The notes under the pieces are model-generated. The model was not told the origin of the DNA. It saw nothing but the letters and a program-made list of their open reading frames with translations, and searched no databases. A stretch of DNA of 62,918 nt, the filler included, from Choristocarpus tenellus KU-1152 (Eukaryota > Protista > Phaeophyceae): NCBI GenBank assembly GCA_964200185.2. It is 12 parts of 12 records of this genome, joined end to end, with 100 filler letters (N's around TTAATTAATTAA, not from the genome) between each part and the next. Parts side by side here need not be neighbours in the genome. Positions count along the whole stretch, not along the records: positions 47,180 to 51,049 come from CAXNAD020017479.1; positions 51,150 to 54,531 come from CAXNAD020020412.1; positions 54,632 to 58,407 come from CAXNAD020017986.1; positions 58,508 to 62,918 come from CAXNAD020014682.1; 8 more parts are not named here. The stretch is one strand, 5' to 3'. Positions 50,359 through 62,918 of this stretch are shown here, piece by piece; positions within the stretch are counted from its first letter, which is position 1, and every line of letters begins with the position of its first letter. Position numbers and translations under genes: made by a program.

Positions 50359-51049
50359 TGACCCAGTTTCTGTTAGCTGCTGTAACCAGGACTGATCGAA
50401 TCACGTCAAATCCCACCACTGGACTAAACGTGCTGAAGTAGTCCACCCCTTCTTGTTGGGAGAAACCCCGTGCCACCAGCCTGGCCTTGTATCTTTCGAT
50501 GTCTCCATGTGCAGTTCTTTTTATTTTGAATATAAATCTGGTTTTGACGGGTCTCCTCCCTGGTGGCAGACTCTCTCCCTCACGGAAGGTTCCTTTCGTT
50601 AATTGGCCCTCCATTTCTTGTTCCATTGCCTTCTTCCACTGTTCTGCATCAGACCCTGCGAGGGCTTCTGCCATGGTTGATGGCTCCTGGTGGCCTACTG
50701 AGATGTCACCTGCCATGCCCATCAAACAATATGCATCATCTGTGCTTGATCTGAGCAGATTGACCATATTCTCTCCCAGTTCTTCTGTATCTCCAGAGTG
50801 TAAATCCCTGTAGTCGACCCTGGGTTGTTCAGCTATCCTAGCTGACCTCCGTTGTCCACTAGGTGAACTAAGGGAAATTTGATCGACTGCAATATCGGAA
50901 TCCCGATCAGAGTCGTCTTTACTCTCAGAATCATCCGTCGAAGTCATTGTCTCTCTCTCCCCCACGAAGTCCATGATGTGTTTGTCTGGCTCGAACGTCA
51001 CGTGGGCTGAGGTTACCAACTTGGCCTCTTGAGGAAGCCAGATGTGCCA
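50359..51049 (-). mobile_element. Ty1/Copia pol fragment (integrase-RT linker and RT N-terminus)
   Basis: EPSTMAEAL...WKKAMEQEM...KTRFIFKIK...RYKARLVARGFSQQEGVDYFSTFSPVV; open frame, cut by the MITE. Confidence 0.95.
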
Positions 51050-51149
51050 NNNNNNNNNNNNNNNNNNNNNNNNNNNNNNNNNNNNNNNNNNNNTTAATTA
51101 ATTAANNNNNNNNNNNNNNNNNNNNNNNNNNNNNNNNNNNNNNNNNNNN

Positions 51150-53420
51150 CCCCCGTCCCGATTATCTTCCTACTCCTATTCGTCATCCCCTTCATTCTCC
51201 TCTCTATCATACTCTTCACCATCTTCTTCTCCCTCCTTGTCCTCCTCCGTGTTGCTGACATACTCTGGGTCGTCTACCATGGCAGAATCACCTGCGCCCC
51301 TCCACAGGTTGCGACCTTTCCCCTTTCCACCCGTGCCGGAAGAGGGACACTTGCACTTTCTAGTGGTCATTGGCGCCAATTCCGAGACCGAATCCAGCAC
51401 TTCGAACCCATGAGAACGCACTACCCTAAGACCCTGGAGCACGTTGAATGGTGATCTCGTGTCATTCTTTGCCCGGGGTTTGCACACCCTCCCGACCACG
51501 GGCGTGACGAACATCTGCCCGGGGCCAACCTGGGAGAAGGGGAGGAGGACCTGTTGACGGCTTCCACTCTGCAGCACTTTTGACGTGAATTCAATGTTTG
51601 CGTTGTCTGCCTTCTCAGTCCAACACATGTAGTACAGAGGCAAGTGGCTGCCACGCGCAAGTAGATCTCTGCGCCCGGCCTACACACCTCCATTTCAGGC
51701 GAAAGCATGCGCTTGAGCTGTCTGTTGTTGGCCACATGAAGCAGACGAATGTACTGTTCTTCTTGGTCTTCAGGAGAGATCGAACTGAAGGCCTCTGATC
51801 GAGAGTTGCACACTTCGAGATCACCCCACGCAGGGAGGTCATTTCCGCCGACTTTGTAGCCTTTCCCTTCAAGCGGGAATAAGGCCATTTCCGCGGGAAT
51901 CGAGGACGAGCTTGCACGCGGCTGAATATTGCGGAAGACAAAGACGGCGGTGGGGTTGGGTGGGGTCGAGGCGTGTTGGGGGGGAGGGGGCAGAGTACGG
52001 CGATTGATGAATGTTCGTGATTTGGAGGTAATATCGTCCGAAGAAGGTGGTGTGTTTGGGTGCCGCAGTAGGTAGGTTAGGACTCGGGACTAAAAAAATA
52101 GTTTATACTGCGTGCCGGTAACTAAACTCTGCCGTTAGTTCTTCACAAAATACGGAAATTAGTGCATTCTATACCACATTCACCTCGATCTGGTAGCCGA
52201 AGTCCATTGCCACCGTCTTCGCAACAAAAATGGTCGCCTCATCGCGTCCCATTGCCTTTACCTGAGGATTGATGGCCTCAGAAAAAAATCGCTGCATCTC
52301 TGTTGGGACGAGTGTCTGCCCCAAGGCTTCCGGCAGTCAGGAAGGGCCTATCACGCGTTCTTGAACAAGAGACGTGGATACCTGGAACATGATGTGCGTA
52401 CATGTGACAGCCCAACAATGTGGCAGTGAAGTGGGTCATATCATGCGATAAGGTTTCATCACATATGTATGGGTTATTCCAGCATTGGTTAAAGATGTTG
52501 TGGTGTACTGCAGCACGTTTGTTTTTTGTTCGTGAGGAGAAGGAGGACATTACGACGTACCGACGCTCACACACAATGTCTTGGGGACTCGCGATTTCCA
52601 GCGGTGGTGTGGGTAACTGCGTGCACCCTGTTAGCAACGTGTAAACATCGACAAGGAAACATCACATCAACAATCGCACGCCCGACACCTATCCATAGGA
52701 GAACAAGACAGACAACAAGTTGGAAAGCAATGGAAAAAAAAGCCAGCACACCCTTCTTACCTTCCACTTGCCATCCTTGTAGGCTTGGCTGAAAGGATGT
52801 GTCCATCTCTCTCTTTCACCTCGTCCTTTGACGCCGCGTTGGACACGAACACCTCCACCCTCCAGCTCCTTTCAAGGGCCGCCTCCACCACGTTGTGCCT
52901 GTCTGCGCTGTAGGAGACGATGGTGTCCCCAGCATTCGTGCACCTATCATAGGAGGGCAGTTCGTCAATTATCCCAAGGAGTATATTTTATTGGGCACGG
53001 GTTCATCATATCGCAATGGCAACACACTCTTGGTGCGGTTTGACACTTAACGTACTGATTCAGGGAAACAAGCTCGTGGGATGGATTGACGCCCCTGAAC
53101 CGTCACCCCAGCTCGTTCTGTTACTGTTTAACGATCTCCTACACCTACACAAAAAAAGGTCGCTGCTTCTGTGAAGAAGGCTGTGTGTGACGTTATTAAC
53201 GAACCTGTTAACGAGGAAGTGGAGGGCTCTCATGGGGATGTCCGTTCCAGCACCTTCGTACTCGACGTCCAACATGGTTTGGAGTACCGGAGGAGATGCA
53301 TCACGCCCGTGGCCAAAGATGCCGTCGACGGTGACTTGCTTGTTGTATGTGAACACTGTCCCATCGTTGTGCGCGAGAATAATAATGTCCTGACAACATC
53401 TGAGATGGTTATCAGTGCCT
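51150..53420 (-). mobile_element. Possible degraded DNA-transposon relic (EnSpm/Plavaka-like)
   Basis: Frameshifted coding-like sequence with weak motifs (FPCRC; NPY...HDMTH) and an acidic C-terminal ORF; not diagnostic. Confidence 0.25.
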
Positions 53421-54914
53421 AATTGAGGGCGCCTCCCCCCCCCTCGTCTTGTATATTAGGGTTGGGGGATGATCCCCCACAATCAAGCCCGCCTTCGACG
53501 CCATAAGAGCCTCTGAATGAATAGAAGGCGGGAGCGAGCGCGTGGGTCCGGCGATGCGTCAAACTTGACAGTGACATCGCACAAGTAATTATCGTAGGGA
53601 TTCATGAAATCTCATACCACTAACATTATAATAGTACAATGAGTGTGGAACGCAAGGCAAATAACAAATGCAAAAAATGCAAACAACAGGATATTAAGTA
53701 ATAATAGAAGTAAATATGGCAAAAATAATGTAGTGAAGACGAGTAACACCAGCATGCGATTTGCGGACAATGAAACAAAGAACTACGAAGGACCCGGGGG
53801 AAAGAGCAAGCGACACAAAGCATGAGCCGGATGATTTTGTTAGTAATGTAGTAACTAGATGGATTTTATCTGCCTTAATACCTTGTTTGGCTGCTAATTT
53901 AGTATATCACTATTTGTCTCAAGTCGTTTTTCAGTAAGTGATATTTGTAAAGCATTAGAGGCAAGCTCTTCTTTTCCTTTACTTGGATTGCTACGCCATG
54001 CATTTAATATACTAAGGAAGTAGAAGGTACGAAGGACATAAAACAACGTGGGGAAAGTGAAAAAGAAAGACACACGACCTAATCCGCATCTCCTGAACGG
54101 CCGCACAATATTCGATGGGCACACGGACGGAATGATAACGGCCATGGCGGATCGCAACAGTCTCCCGCAATATACCTCGTATTCCAGCACTTGCAAACTC
54201 TGCAACTCACCGCCTAGGCGGTGTAATTTCGCCATCCACGGGTGGGGCACAATGAGTGTGATGGTGCCCTGAGGATGTATCTTCACCCGCAAGCACTTAA
54301 GCACCCCGCGCAAGTGTGTGTTGGTCGCCTCTTCATCGTTGAGGAGTCTTGGCTCGGCGCAAATGGACACTATGGCGAGCTTTGGCGCATTGCGGAAGGT
54401 GAACTCTTTCAGGCGGTCTAAGGGTACCATAGGGTCGAAAGGGTGAAGGTCGTGTAGTGCAGTGTTCTCACTCCTGCTTGGACATCATGACACACAACAC
54501 AGTAAACTGAGAGCACGACAAGAAGGACAGCNNNNNNNNNNNNNNNNNNNNNNNNNNNNNNNNNNNNNNNNNNNNTTAATTAATTAANNNNNNNNNNNNN
54601 NNNNNNNNNNNNNNNNNNNNNNNNNNNNNNNAACCTCCCCAAATATCACCTTTGGAAGTCACTCATCCCTCATGCATGCAACTGACCACACAAATAGGAG
54701 TTTCCGTCTTCACATTGATGCTTCAATACTCTCACGACCAGTTACCTAGCTACAAAATTTCGTTTGAGGGTTTTCGACACCCACATGCCAAAAGAAAATA
54801 AATCGAATGGAATGCTCCATATTACCCCCAAAAAAGACCCCCGTGCACGATTTAATAGCTTCACTATGCTTTGCAATATTTATACTGGCAACACAAACAA
54901 GGGGAAAAATGAAA

Positions 54915-55165
54915 TAATGAAAATATTCTAGAGGGTACGACGAGTTTTGCCCTGTTTGTCCGTTTGGGACTTGGTTTCCCATGAGATTTTTTATGACATT
55001 TTCCTAGTCCAAAATGGATTGGAGTAGGTAAAATGTGAATGTGTGCCCGGAACAAGGATATTGACGCTTCCTAACAAACACGATAGCCAAAATTACATCA
55101 AAATCGCAACATTGGATTTTAACCCCCAAATGGACACGGCTCTACCCTCTAAGATACTTTGGCTC
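54915..55165 (-). mobile_element. MITE family A, copy A12
   Basis: One degenerate TIR and one intact TIR; 3-bp TSD AAA. Confidence 0.88.
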
Positions 55166-55678
55166 AAAACTTGAATACAATAAGAGACCTTGGTGTACCA
55201 AGCAATCAATTCCACCATCCACCAACACCAATACCAAGGTCTAATGCTACCCCTTCATTCATCCACAAAAAAAAGGTCAAAGTACAACAAAATTTCTGAG
55301 GGGTGTACATCAATATAGTTTGCAGTATTTTGTGGTTGCCCCCCTTAACTCGTTCTGGCTTCCCATACTGCATAGTAGTATGTGGTGTAGAAGAATGTGC
55401 ACAGAGAGATAGATGATACATACTCCAAACCACACTCACTCAATGGTGAACCGAATGCAAAGTTAACAATGTTACAGACAGACAATTCCAAAAGTTTCTC
55501 TATGCGTTGGACAACTATCTGTATCTATGGTCTGCTAAAACTCTTTCCAACTTACCAACACATATCAATATATATAGAGGAGAAATATCAACAAGCAACA
55601 GGATCGGGGTGGAGCTCCAATACTAGTCTCAAGGTTAAGCTGGGTGTGTGAGCAGGTGTACAGAGCAATGGTTTGTCA

Positions 55679-55934
55679 GAGTCAAAGTAAACGAGAGGTA
55701 CGCAGAGTTGCATTTTAAGGATGTTGACAATTTTGTGTGACTATTATTACAAATGCGTATAGGATATTTCTAAATTGTGTTGAAATTTCTCAAACAATAT
55801 TAGTAAGAAATCAACATTCTCAAGTCAAAAGCTTAGCACTTCATTCATAGAAATATGGGTGAATTGTCAATGATAAACACTGACTTAAAATGCAAAGCAT
55901 TTAAAACTTGGTTACGTATTGTTTACTGTCGCTC
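55679..55934 (+). mobile_element. MITE family B, copy B2
   Basis: GAGTCAAAGTAAACGAGAGGTAC ... tttactgtcgctc; flanks tca and gca. Confidence 0.75.
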
Positions 55935-56899
55935 GCAGGCAATAAAATTTTCGAGGTGGAAAATGAACGGGTGGGTGAAAGCTTAGGCTGCTTGAGTAGG
56001 GCATGGTGGATATCCCAAATAAAGCTGTCACAATGTTACAAATTTCAAAGGATTTTATCTCTCCATACCAAGACACCAGGCAGAGTATTTGCTTGGACAA
56101 GACAGGACCAAAGGAGATTGATCAAAGTGTGGTTGAGACCCAATTACCAGAAGCTACAGGATTCACAAGAAACCTCAGTATGTGAAGATAGGATGTAGGG
56201 CAGAGTAGTATTGCGACCAACACTAACTTGAGGGGATGATCAACATCAACAATGGGATTTCCAGAATGTCACATAAGCTACAATAATATTTGGAAGTTGG
56301 CATCATGCATGACTTTTCATTCTCTTTTCCACGTCCTCTTGTGCATGCCATGCCCTATATTCTCGAGTCTATTGACTGTTTGCTACTCTCTGCATCCTTC
56401 CTATTAACAACCGCCAATGCCCACCTCACTAATCTCCATGTCAAGCATAGTACTTATATTCTCTTCCTTACCTGGTCTTGTCGCCTCTTCCACTTCCCAG
56501 CACCCCTCTCAATCCATTCCTCCTGTGCACTCCTCCTCCACTGGCAGCATCCCCACTGTGATGCACAACTCTGCTTCCATCGACCAACTTTTCGGATGGG
56601 AGAGGCACAAATCTCAATGTAACTCAGAGCAAAAAGTGGGAAAATAGTCAAGATACAACTGCATATACTGCAGAACTAGGAAGATTGACATTGAAGCGAG
56701 TTGTGTTCAGTTCACCTGTCTTCCTTCACCCGCTGTCACTGCAGCCTAAACCCAACACCACCGACATTCAAACTCTACAGAGACATCATGTATGAGCACA
56801 AAAAGTGGCCCGTAGCCTGCTCATGGAACATCCTCTCTTTCTCCCTGTTCTCCAACATCCCCTGAGTCTCCTCAAGGTAACAATTCCTAGCATGCTTAT

Positions 56900-57720
56900 C
56901 TGTCGTCTACTGCATAAAATGCATACTCTACCCCTATAGCTACCTGCTTCGTTCGGAACCTCTCTCGATTGTCTATCCCTACTTTTCCACGTTCTAGAGC
57001 AGGATTTTTGCAGGTGCCAGCAGTACCGAACTTGGCATGCTGACCACCAGAGAGGTGATCGCTGAATACAAATGTTTCGCAAAGTGGGGATGCTGCTATG
57101 GAAAGAGTACACAGGAGGTTCGATCTGAGAGAGGTAGGGGAAGGGCAAAGGGCAAGGACAGGGAAGGGAAAGAGGGATACAAGGTACCACACAGTAGAGA
57201 CGAGTAAGGTTCGAATCAGAGGACTGACAATATCCGGAGAGGACCAAGACGCAACAGAGGTAGGATGCCAAGTGATCTATAAACTCTCGAGAATACTGGG
57301 CATGTTATGTTATGCAAGATATAGTTCGTAAGATTCTTAACGAGTGTGGAAATGAGATACACACGAAATCCTTGTCGCATCACTTCCAACTAAAACTCTG
57401 GAGTACAACAAGAATGCTGTGCAGTAGGTTTGCAAGTTGAAGGAAGATCACGTTGTTATTGATGTTGATTATCCCCTCAGACTGGTGTTGGGCACATCAG
57501 TGAATGCTGCACCCGACAATCTCGCTTCTCGTACCGTGGTTGCTCAATGTACCCTGCCATCTGGCAGTCTTAAATCACAACATTGATCGTATCAATTTGG
57601 AGATGTTCAACACATCACAGTAGGTCGCTTTGTTAGCGGGAATACAATAAGAAGGTAGTTAGTAACAACCTACAACCTGGCAGGGTTTGATGTGGCCTCC
57701 ACCACGCATTACCTCTCACC
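56900..57720 (-). pseudogene. EsV-1-7-like cysteine-repeat pseudogene, with a homologous fragment on the + strand at about 55960-56260
   Basis: CQVVGCY*LPSYCIPANKATYC, INVVI*DCQMAGYIEQPRY and CIQRSP...RYCWH fit the C-x3-GC-x-K-x-P-x-(F/Y)G...C-x2-H repeat. Confidence 0.5.
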
Positions 57721-58849
57721 AACACTCAGAATCATGGCTATTACCCTTCCCGCCCACACTGTTTTTTTTTCTCATCACAACTCTAACTCTCGGTTCAATC
57801 TTACAATTATCCCAGCATCCTGGTCGCTGCTAACTCTGCTGTTGTTCATTGTGGTCAGGAAGATGAATTCGATGGTGGTGTTGATGACTATAGGAATCAT
57901 GATTCCTTACCATGCCGTTAATAAAACCTGCAGGAAGAGGTGAAAGGGTAATTTCTTACCACTCACAGAGCAGGGAGGTATGATGAGCAGATCGAAAGAT
58001 TGCACGTTCAAACTTGGGTCGTTTTCACGATGATATAGTGGTGTGGAGATCGAAGGGTTACAGTGGGAGATAAATGTTAATAGTGGGAGGAAGAACTACA
58101 AACTATCAGACGTAAGGACAAAAAGGGTCCAACCAAATTCATTGGAATGTGTATATTATTTTTTATGTGTATTACTTCACCACCTATTCGATTTCCGTTT
58201 TTGTACCATTGTAGATTTTCGAAATGTGTGCTTCGTAAGATCCTCAACACATTAGGAATGTGAGAGTTTATGAAGTAAACTGAGTTTTGTGGGCGGAAGA
58301 ATTCTGGTTAACTGGGACACAGGATAAGAACGTGGGGAAAAAGAAAAGAAAGAAGTAGGAAAAGAAGGAATAGTTAATGAAGGAACGAGATGGTTAATGG
58401 AAATGAGNNNNNNNNNNNNNNNNNNNNNNNNNNNNNNNNNNNNNNNNNNNNTTAATTAATTAANNNNNNNNNNNNNNNNNNNNNNNNNNNNNNNNNNNNN
58501 NNNNNNNGGGGCACCCCCGCCTGGGGGGGGGTAGGTGGGGATGTATTTCGGGGGGGGGGGGGGGGGGGGGGAAGGGGCAAGAATAGTGGGGGCGGATTGG
58601 TCAAGACAATAACTCAAGACTCACAGCCATGTTCAACAGTAATTACGTAGGGGTTCGAAAAGGTTGTGAAGGTTGACCAGGAATAGGGACTAAGGTTTGC
58701 AAAAAAAAAGGCATGCACACCCATGTGCAGTGCAGTTGTGCATGGATTATGCACTATCAAATATTTCATGAGGCCAGCTGACCTCCAAGATAAGTTCAGA
58801 GAACAATTTCCCACTTTTTGAAATTTGCACTTATGTTGTGGTAAAGTAC

Positions 58850-61800
58850 CTGAGGACAATGTCAACAAGCTCCTTCAGTTTGGCAAAGCACTCCCTAAGA
58901 GTGCGGATACCACTCTCATCTGCAAAGTCTGTCAGGGCTTCAATGTCCATCCCCAAGTTGTAGATCCCCAGCATATTAATGGTCAGTACCTTCAAAACAT
59001 CACGTTGTGAGGAGGGGGGAGGCAGAGAGAGAGATATATATTGTAGTGGGTATTGGGTAGTCAAAAGCAGACATAAATTCTGTGGAAAATATTGACCGCC
59101 TTCCTGAAAACTTGAACTACATAAGATCAATATAGCTGAGATAACACAACATGCAATCTGTCTCAGGTTCAAAACATTTCTCTGGCATGAAAAATAAAAA
59201 CTGGGAGTTTGCCTGGCTCTCAGTCCACCTTAATCACAAAGCGCTCTTCAAGACAACATCAAGAGTTCAACCATGCTCGTCAGGCTTGCAAATCACATAA
59301 GACCAACTGATTGAAGTGACACTTGCCTTGCTGTAGCACCACATGAAAAGAGTATGAAGCTACGCACGATATTGAAAGACCCACACTAGACTGTTGATTA
59401 TCAATTGCCTGTTCCATACACTTGGATCAAGCATTACCTTTGAAACCCAAATACAAGAGAACAGGATTTGCAAAAAAAAAAAATCTAAACAAAGGACAAG
59501 ACATGCACAAAAATCATACGGGTGATAGAAGAATGGCCTAAGGGTGAGAAAAGGTTAACCCTATCCTAACTGCAGTAGCTTTACTAACCCAGCCACCTCC
59601 ATGTACAATAAGCACAATTTCTTGCACCTTACTCTCTCCTGCATGTGTCTCCTACACCTAGCACCCCCTTCAGCCACCAACAGTATAACCTTCATGAGAC
59701 AGTCACATAAACACTGGCATGACTCTGCCCTCAAGTATAATATTCATCAGATCAAGAAATTGATACAGGAAAACCGAATATTGAGATCCAACTAACTGAC
59801 CCTGCAAACACTGCCATGAACACTGATATGCCAGACCACAGACATCTTCCATTCATAATCACTCTTTAACCTCACGTCCTCCCAAAACCAGACAAAGAAT
59901 GTCTGTGTCTACGAGCATTTTCATACACACAGATTACCCTCAGCAAACTCTTGTAGTGAATATAAGGATGAGGTTTATTAAGGGTTCTGCATCAAACTTC
60001 GTAACAAGAGAACAAGTTTAAGTTGGTTCCTAGAAAAGAAATAATAGGAACAGGAGCTTCAAATACATCGTTTTCCAACACTTGAGACAAAAATGCAAAT
60101 GAGGAGCCCACCAAGGAGGAAAAATAGGATAACTATAGAGTAGCAACAATCACCACCTCTTCAGTGAAGCCCTTTTCCACCTCCAACTTATTCTGCCTCC
60201 TTCATCCCCTTGCAGTACATGAGAAGAAACCCACGACCGTCTGAAATCACAATCCTTACCCCTGGGCCCGTGATGTGCTCCAATATCGTGTTGCATACAT
60301 GTGACATCCTTGTGAAGTGCACCGCCTCTCTTATGCCTGATGGCAGGGTCGCTAGGTTCATGAAGGTCACACGGAGGTACTGGATGAGGTCGTCTGCATA
60401 GGGGTGGGGCTGCCTTCGCATTGATGTCGGTTCCCAGTTTACAAATGCAATGCCCGCCAGGAGGTCATCAGCTTTACTGCGAACAAGCTCAAAGATGAGG
60501 TCTCGGGCACGGTCACTTATGTCCTCCAGTTCCTGTTGAGTGTGTGTGTTACACGTAAGTGTGAGAGAGGGTTTGAATGCTTTCTGGGTGGTTACATGTT
60601 CAACTTGCTTTAAGTACAGCACTAAGTTAGAACACGCGACAATGTTTGACTATTGGAATCCAGCTTCCGTTAGGGTGATGAGTGGGTGTGAGCGCGAGCA
60701 TGTGCTGCTTGCAAACAGAAGAGGGAATTATTAATTCTTTGATGTATTCTGTTCTGTTGCAACAGTCCTGTGACTAACAGAGAGAGAGAGAGAGGGGGGG
60801 GCAGATACACCACCTTGCAAGAGGGAGTGAGGCCTTGTGTGCTGGTGTCCCTTTCTTGGGAGGCACGGCCCCTCCCAGCCATGTCATTGAATTGCATACC
60901 CTGCAGCACATCCCACAAGGAGGTTGCCAGTGAACCAGGCATCTTAGAGAGGTACTGGATAATGCAGGGAAAGGGTGAGGGGTGAATTGGCGACGGGGAT
61001 AAGGGAGGGGGTGGAAGTGAGATCAGACAAGGGAGGTCAAGAAAAAGTAAAGTTGAAAGGGAATGTATAATACCTACTCTACAACTCTCAAGAATAGCAA
61101 AACCATACATATTCATTTCCCTTGAGATAGAAGCAAATACTTGAAAGTACCCGATTAAATACTTATAATGGAACAGAAGTAAGCTCACGGTGATCAATGT
61201 TGTAACTGTAACAAAACAAGAAGACTGTTGGAGTAGCTGAGGCTGCAAGGCAAACCCATTCTAGTGGCCTAATGGTGCAAGCAGGCTCTGATTTTGTTAC
61301 ATATGTTTCTGTTGTGCATTGTCACTCACAACTCGAATCTTGAAATGACTGGATATTACGGGCACTTGGTGGCTACTATGTCAAAAGCACAATTCAAAGT
61401 AAGCCTACTCCCACCTGTACTGAGAATGCATCAAAAGGCCCACTCCTACAAACAGTCCTTTATACTCCAGTTCCTCACGGTTTCCACACTCACAGAGCTG
61501 TTTACGGATATCTGGCTAGCCTTGAGAATGTGCATGTCCTTCTCTGCATCCTCCATCTGCTCTTTCATGAGCCTCTGAATCACCTCAGCACCATTTTCAA
61601 GGGTAGCAAACACCAGATCACCTGCACCTGGCACCTCCAGGTGGTCCAGGAATGTCACCATCAGTGCCAGCATCTGCACCTCAATCAGGGTTTGCAGGAG
61701 AAAATGCGTGAAATGTATGGGAGGGCGAATCAGTGAAGGGTGACCTTACAAGAGTCAGGTAAGACCAGCAGGCAAAAGAAGTAATCACACAAAAATACCA

Positions 61801-62300
61801 ACAATTTTGAACTGGAAAGCTTGAAGCTTTCCAACACAATGTACTCTGGGAAAAGAGGAGATGGGGTGAAAAACGTAAAATGTACCATGACAAAATTTGA
61901 AATTAAAAAAAAATGGGGGCACAAAATAATATTTGCAAGTTATTTCTTGTTGAAAAAAAAAATAACAGTAGAACAGCAGGAAGGGTACAGGAGGTTCTTC
62001 CCTTCTCATTATCTAAAAATAATAAAATAAAAATATGTTACAACCCTTATCACAACCCATACACACTCTCTCAAAACACTTTCCAATTGTGGTCTTTCCC
62101 TGAGCCTACCTTGTTTCAGGGTCAAGGCGTTAGCATCGACATCACTATTGCCAATCATCCAACGCTCGCCTTAACTGCAAAAGATCTTCAAGACCTTTCC
62201 TCTTCGTGGATTAATCAAAATGCCTCCCATTGCCATTAAAACTACCTCAGAACAATACCTACCTGCTACAAAGTCCGCTTCTTGTCTACCCCACCTGCTG

Positions 62301-62334
<34 letters not shown>

Positions 62335-62701
62335 CCATACACACAGTTTCCTAATCCTCCATACACGAAAACCCATTATCCAGAACAACTTGCTATTTTA
62401 ACCCCATTCCCCTAGACATACTCTAAACTCCACCAACCAATCCCCAAAATATCACCTACACCAACATTACAAAACATCCAGTTTTTTTTTTTTCAGATGG
62501 AGGCGAGTTTATACCTAAAGAGTCCGCCACATTGTACCTTTAGCAAGGCCCGACCTATCTCGGGGACTGTGTTGGAAAATGCGTATGTCACAGGGAAATG
62601 CACCGAGGCGTTGTCATCCTCATCTTCTGCTTCCGGAGAGGGTCCCCCAAAGTAGTACGAATCATCAATCACCTTTTGGGGGGGAACATCATGTAACAAG
62701 T
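58850..62701 (-). CDS. SEC15: Exocyst subunit SEC15/EXOC6, five internal exons (partial gene)
   Basis: Phase-consistent GT-AG exons 62701-62538 (FPVTYAFSNTVP), 61673-61494, 60954-60814, 60532-60260 (KADDLL...VNWEP...HPYADDLIQYL...LPSGIREAVHF) and 58989-58850 (DIEALTDFA...LRECFAKLKELVD). Confidence 0.88.
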
Positions 62702-62918
62702 CTTATCTGAACAAGTAAGCAAAGGTGCTGGCGCGACCCTTTCTAAGCATGTATGGGCTTATATAGGGGAAGCATTGTGTGCGTACATTCAACGAAGGGG
62801 GTATATCAAAGGAAGCAAGATTGAACACCTTAAAAAGATCCTTATTACCTGTTCCTGGCCCCTTCTCGCCCCCACCCCGCCCCCCCCCCACCCCCCCAAA
62901 CAAACAAAACAAAAAAAA

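Noticed and set aside
3089-58507. Recurrent TTAATTAATTAA flanked by N runs, resembling a regular repeat array
   Set aside because: It is an artificial six-frame-stop contig linker. ORFs containing X and any synteny across linkers are artefacts.

Overview
This is eukaryotic nuclear DNA, not a prokaryotic locus. It consists of 12 short contigs joined by artificial 100-bp linkers (44 N + TTAATTAATTAA + 44 N), so adjacency across linkers means nothing. Intron-rich GT-AG genes, TTAGGG tracts, a bipartite plastid-targeting-like exon and EsV-1-7-like Cys repeats point to a brown alga or related photosynthetic stramenopile (inference). Host genes reconstructed by hand: a complete 6-exon YghU/Nu-class GST with an N-terminal hydrophobic anchor; partial PPEF-like phosphatase, TPT/SLC35E transporter, YIF1 and SEC15 genes; an intronless PPR protein of about 16 repeats; and a secreted protein with a knottin-like exon followed by a probable leishmanolysin (M8)-like domain, which the ORF track misses. 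Mobile DNA dominates: degenerate CRE-like and RTE-like non-LTR elements, a Copia RT fragment, a plant/oomycete-type mariner, an intron-containing Sola2 transposase pseudogene, and more than 20 MITE copies or ends in four families. The four families share a G(A/G)NYCAAAGTA terminus, three share a subterminal GTCCATTT(G/C)G box, and most copies have 3-bp rather than the canonical 4-bp Sola2 target-site duplications (TSDs). The best candidates for novelty are this Sola2-like MITE network and the knottin-protease gene. All family assignments come from motif recognition; no database searches were run.
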